From the IMG/VR virus record IMGVR_UViG_3300042541_001760, positions 197,053 to 261,052 of that record: a DNA stretch of 64,000 bases; one strand, 5' to 3'. Positions 60,436 through 64,000 of this stretch are shown piece after piece. The notes beneath the pieces were generated by a model. It was not told the origin of the DNA. It saw only the letters and a list, made by a program, of their open reading frames with translations, and did no database searches. Position 1 is the first letter of the stretch; the number at the start of each line of letters is the position of its first letter. Both the position numbers and the translations under genes were made by a program.

Positions 60436-60771
60436 TTAATCCTCTTCAAACTTCATTAAACTACCAACCAATTGTAGAAGCGTTACTCCCTCCAAATTAT
60501 AAGTATCTTTCAACCATAAATTAATAATTGAATGAATTTCACCATATTTAAGGTGAAATAATGATTCAATCATTAACCAAATACGGGATTCACTAACCCA
60601 AAGATAGTTGTTTTTTTTATCGTAACCCATTAAAACCTCGTTATCTGAATTTACGTAAAATAATACATTAGGATTATCTTTACGTTTCTTTGGTGTTAAA
60701 TTACCGAAGTTTTTGTTTAACCACTTGATAACTATCCTCTCTAACTGCTCCTTATTTACCTGTATATCCAT
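60436..60771 (-). CDS. Array paralogue 2 (111 aa)
   Basis: MDIQVNKEQLERIVIKWL...WLKDTYNLEGVT-LLQLVGSLMK-FEED. Confidence 0.85.
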   Translation of the reverse strand: MDIQVNKEQLERIVIKWLNKNFGNLTPKKRKDNPNVLFYVNSDNEVLMGYDKKNNYLWVSESRIWLMIESLFHLKYGEIHSIINLWLKDTYNLEGVTLLQLVGSLMKFEED

Positions 60772-60788
60772 AAGTTAATCAATCCCAT

Positions 60789-61094
60789 TCAAGCGTAGTC
60801 TGGTGTTACTCCACTCAATTTATAGGTCTCCTCCAACCATATCTTCATAATTGATTTAATGTCATCATACTTTAGGTGAAATATAGATTCAATTTTTGAC
60901 CAAACATATCTATAATGAATATAAACACTATCAGTTTCCTTATCGTATTCCATTACAACCTTATTATCTGAGTTTACGTATAATACGTAGTTAGGATTAT
61001 TTTTATGTTTCTTTTGTGTTAAGTTACCATAGTATAAGTTTAACCACTTAATAACAACTCTATCCAATTGATTTTTATCTACCTGTATGTCCAT
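60789..61094 (-). CDS. Array paralogue 1 (101 aa)
   Basis: MDIQVDKNQLDRVVIKWL...WLEETYKLSGVTP plus a short tail. Confidence 0.85.
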   Translation of the reverse strand: MDIQVDKNQLDRVVIKWLNLYYGNLTQKKHKNNPNYVLYVNSDNKVVMEYDKETDSVYIHYRYVWSKIESIFHLKYDDIKSIMKIWLEETYKLSGVTPDYA

Positions 61095-61097
61095 AAG

Positions 61098-61787
61098 TTA
61101 CTTAACCTCAACAGGTCTTTCATTACCCGGAAACGCTCTGAAACTATCCTTAACATCACTAGCCGAAAAATCTTTCACTTGGTCTGTTGTTAACACATAT
61201 TCATTCTTACCCGACTTTTCCATATCCTCTTCTTTATCAACGAAGAAATCAGTTAATTTTTGGTTAAATGGACCTGAATCAATACTTCTCAACTCCAATT
61301 TTTCTTGTGGTGTTTTTGGTCTGTATTTGTCAATCTTAGCCTCTAAACTATCAATCTTACCAACCAATTTATCCATCTCACCCAATTTATTTTGTAGTGT
61401 GTCTAATTGAGAAAATAGGTTGTTGAAGTATTCTTCTTGTTTTGTTTCAATAGTTTTTTGTGAATTAACCAAGTCAGTGATATCCAATTCTTCGGATCCT
61501 TCACCTGTGTCTCCACCTTCTTTTTCTTCACCTACTTTTTCAACATCGGGGTCGTTCTCAATATCTACAGGTGTAGGCCCTGCCGGAGCTGCCGGTGGGG
61601 GTGGTGGTAATGCCGCTCCTGCGTCTCCCGGTGGTGGTGCGATTCCTCCTAAAGCGGGATCTGCCGGTGGTGCGTCTGCTGGTGGGGGTACTTCAAGGGC
61701 GTCTTGTTCATTGATATAATTGTTAATTTCATTATATCTTCTTAATTCTTCTAAGATTGTTTTATCTACATTCATTTTGTTAACCAT
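61098..61787 (-). CDS. Pro-rich acidic coiled-coil protein, putative head/scaffold component
   Basis: INE|Q leader, poly-Pro/Ala GC-rich segment, heptad region. Confidence 0.7.
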   Translation of the reverse strand: MVNKMNVDKTILEELRRYNEINNYINEQDALEVPPPADAPPADPALGGIAPPPGDAGAALPPPPPAAPAGPTPVDIENDPDVEKVGEEKEGGDTGEGSEELDITDLVNSQKTIETKQEEYFNNLFSQLDTLQNKLGEMDKLVGKIDSLEAKIDKYRPKTPQEKLELRSIDSGPFNQKLTDFFVDKEEDMEKSGKNEYVLTTDQVKDFSASDVKDSFRAFPGNERPVEVK

Positions 61788-62007
61788 TTAATAATTGTTT
61801 AATACCTGTTGAGGTTTCTACTTGGACTTTTCTATTTTTGTTGATTGTATTATCAACTCTTTCAATTAATCCGTCTTTAGTTCTGATTGTGTAACAATCT
61901 CCGGTGTCAAGGTCACAAACTTCTTTTGACCCATTACCATTATCTTTTTCGGCAATTCTTGTGTTCTTACCAAGATAATTATCTAATATTTTTTTAGTTT
62001 CGCTCAT
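61780..62007 (-). CDS. Small protein with CxxxxxxC motif
   Basis: EVCDLDTGDCYTIR; upstream TATTTATA. Confidence 0.7.
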   Translation of the reverse strand: MSETKKILDNYLGKNTRIAEKDNGNGSKEVCDLDTGDCYTIRTKDGLIERVDNTINKNRKVQVETSTGIKQLLNG

Positions 62008-62047
62008 AATTCAAATTTATATATAAATATCGTAAGTTTATGTAAAT

Positions 62048-64000
62048 TTACAACCCTAATGATTTAGCCGTAATAATTGCCGACTTAATTGATTCTCTAA
62101 CAGATTTTACTTCATCTGTGTTTTTTTGACTCTCATAAACATTACCAACTTTTGGCCAATTATCAAATAAGAATTTGGTAAGTTGTGTTGCTAACTCATC
62201 ATCACTAACATTAAAAGAACCATTAACTTTAGATGCTTTTATTGTACCCTCACGACCTTTTAAAAACGCTTTTAAGAATATTATTAAATTTTCAAAATTT
62301 GAGTATGTAGCATAAGACCATTCATTTTGAGAATTAGCCATACAAAAGTATCTTTTTTGGAGGTTACTCTTAAGGTTTCCATAGGTTATTTCTTGATTAC
62401 CTACTTTATAGTTTAATCTAACATTTGCATAATTATATTCATATCCTTTGAATCCTGTGTTGTCGTTAGTTGATCCATACAACCATATTAAAGACCATAT
62501 AGCATAACTCATTTTGTCTTTTGAAGTACCCAATGATGCGGTATTTGCGGTTATTGTTGTTATAGCACTTCTAAAACTTGTTGTGGTTAATTTAGGGTCG
62601 GGAACATTCTCAAAACCATCAAAAGGCGCGTTTCTAGTACATTTCTGATTTGCCGTCAATTGTAATTGGTTAGTGTTCTGACTATTTTGTGCCGCCTGTT
62701 GATTAGGCGTATTTGCTGATGCCGTTTTCTTATTATCCTTATCTTGTTTAACTTTATTGATAATGGATTTTAATAAATTCTCCCTAATTGATTGGACATA
62801 TGAATCAAGTTTAGGTAAAGAGTAAACCGGTTGTCTAACCCCTGAAAATGTGGTTGTAAAATTACCAGGTGTTATAGTGTGATTAACATCTAAAATCATA
62901 TATGAACCACTAAACATTGGTATGTGTCTTAGGTTAAAATACATTGTAGGTTGAATCATTGCGTTACCCAACATACTCACGGTACATCCATAAGATCTGG
63001 TCTTATATAGGTTATATAGTGAGTTATTTTGAGTTTCTGACCCTCTACCTGTCGCACTATTCGCTATACTATTTTGTACCGCCAAAGATTCTGAGGTAGC
63101 TTTACCCGCATCTTGTGACACCCCAATATTGGTAAATATGTTTTGATTTGTTGTTCCCATATCAACATTAAATCCGACAACTCTATTTGATAAAGCCCAA
63201 TCTGACTTATCCTTTTGGTCTTCTATTAATGGTTGGGGACTTATTTTAGATAAATCCAACGCATCGTCCTTAAATCTATAATTGGTATTATTAACCGCCA
63301 AATGTTCCGAGGATTTACCGGCATATAAACATACCAATTTTGGCCCTGAGTTCCTATAATCAACGGTCGTGTGTGTTCCAAATAAATCATTGGCAAACTC
63401 AAGAGACCCCTCCAATTTAGGTATTGGATTTTTTATTGGGTCTTGTACATTATAGAAATTAACATATGAGGGTAACGCCATTATTTGGAAATTATTCATT
63501 TGTAATATTGACTGAACATATAACAATAGATTACTGTCCACATTCATTGTGGTTATCATATCGTTTAACTTTAAAACATCCACAATAACTTTATTACCTA
63601 AGTCCCTACTCGCTCTATCTAATAATAAGACATCTTCAAAAATGGTTTTATATGTTAAGTCAGCTCCCGCAATCCACTTATCATTAGTAGCCTTCAAGGA
63701 TTCCCACATCTCAACCTTACTTTGTTTACCTATAATTCCTGTTGATATATTTCTAACGGGTGTATTATTAACATCGGGTAATGATTTTTGTAATTTAGTC
63801 ACTAAATCGTTCAATACTAAATTTTGCAAGTCATTATTATCATTAACATATTCATTAATAGAATTCCTGAAAAGAGTTTTATTATAAGATGGATTATCAC
63901 TTTTCTGTGTTGCGTATACCCTAATTAAAGGGTAAAAAGCTTTAATATTAGTTTCACTAAACTCAACATTATTATCAATAAAAAAGTCAAATATTGTTGA
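62048..64000 (-). CDS. C-terminal part of a large baseplate hub-like protein (runs off the window)
   Basis: Frame is open from 64000 by manual translation; CTVSMLGNAMIQPTMYF...YMILDVNHTITPGNFTTTFSGVR resembles the gp27/late-control-D C-terminus. Confidence 0.7.
   Translation of the reverse strand, partial: STIFDFFIDNNVEFSETNIKAFYPLIRVYATQKSDNPSYNKTLFRNSINEYVNDNNDLQNLVLNDLVTKLQKSLPDVNNTPVRNISTGIIGKQSKVEMWESLKATNDKWIAGADLTYKTIFEDVLLLDRASRDLGNKVIVDVLKLNDMITTMNVDSNLLLYVQSILQMNNFQIMALPSYVNFYNVQDPIKNPIPKLEGSLEFANDLFGTHTTVDYRNSGPKLVCLYAGKSSEHLAVNNTNYRFKDDALDLSKISPQPLIEDQKDKSDWALSNRVVGFNVDMGTTNQNIFTNIGVSQDAGKATSESLAVQNSIANSATGRGSETQNNSLYNLYKTRSYGCTVSMLGNAMIQPTMYFNLRHIPMFSGSYMILDVNHTITPGNFTTTFSGVRQPVYSLPKLDSYVQSIRENLLKSIINKVKQDKDNKKTASANTPNQQAAQNSQNTNQLQLTANQKCTRNAPFDGFENVPDPKLTTTSFRSAITTITANTASLGTSKDKMSYAIWSLIWLYGSTNDNTGFKGYEYNYANVRLNYKVGNQEITYGNLKSNLQKRYFCMANSQNEWSYATYSNFENLIIFLKAFLKGREGTIKASKVNGSFNVSDDELATQLTKFLFDNWPKVGNVYESQKNTDEVKSVRESIKSAIITAKSLGL

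Larger units (their letters stand above)
2278..62029. promoter_or_regulatory. Recurrent TATTTAT(A) element upstream of starts, putative late promoter
   Basis: Sense-strand copies mostly 3-40 nt before ATG at 2278, 8314, 12597, 13964, 16803, 22199, 24384, 29064, 30794, 37937, 47955, 50319, 55187, 62022. Confidence 0.65.

Noticed and set aside
59685-61097. Diversity-generating retroelement (TR/VR pair)
   Set aside because: No reverse transcriptase in the window; 9 of the 19 mismatches between the two 30-nt spacers are at non-adenine positions of the putative template.
233-63887. Many short antisense or alternate-frame ORFs in the track (e.g. 506-1009, 4263-4541, 12765-13073, 33573-33962, 61087-61410)
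   Set aside because: They lie fully within well-supported genes, have shadow-like composition and lack upstream motifs.
1-64000. Stop-codon recoding (code 15 or 4) as in some jumbo phages
   Set aside because: Core genes (nrdA, nrdB, helicase, primase, ClpP) are full length in the standard code, and coding density is high.
1-64000. tRNA, rRNA or tmRNA genes
   Set aside because: Intergenic gaps are short and AT-rich; I saw no cloverleaf or T-loop patterns by eye.

Overview
This window is a fragment of an AT-rich jumbo (huge) myophage genome in the standard genetic code, mostly encoded on the minus strand. The host is most likely in Bacteroidota. Evidence: a sigma factor resembling Bacteroidota sigma-A, TAnnTTTG promoters, no obvious Shine-Dalgarno sites, an Hc1-like protein and SprB-like repeats. 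Modules in order: (1) putative internal-head proteins, Dam, DnaJ, Hc1; (2) a candidate lysis cluster and the sigma factor; (3) an AT-rich restriction-modification-like island; (4) SbcCD/gp46-47, an exonuclease, primase and RuvC; (5) about 26 kb of tail-fibre and baseplate genes; (6) nrdAB, helicase, ClpP, 5'-3' exonuclease, RecA-like protein and gp32-like SSB; (7) a tandem array of four ~100-aa paralogues. The most unusual signal is in that array (59685-61097). Each gene ends in a 36-nt block. In three genes the block is followed by a 27-31-nt hypervariable segment and a partial copy of the block. One gene carries an exact 36-nt duplication with 30-nt spacers (66-nt period), a CRISPR-like geometry embedded in coding 3' ends. 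All assignments come from motif recognition by eye; no database searches were run.
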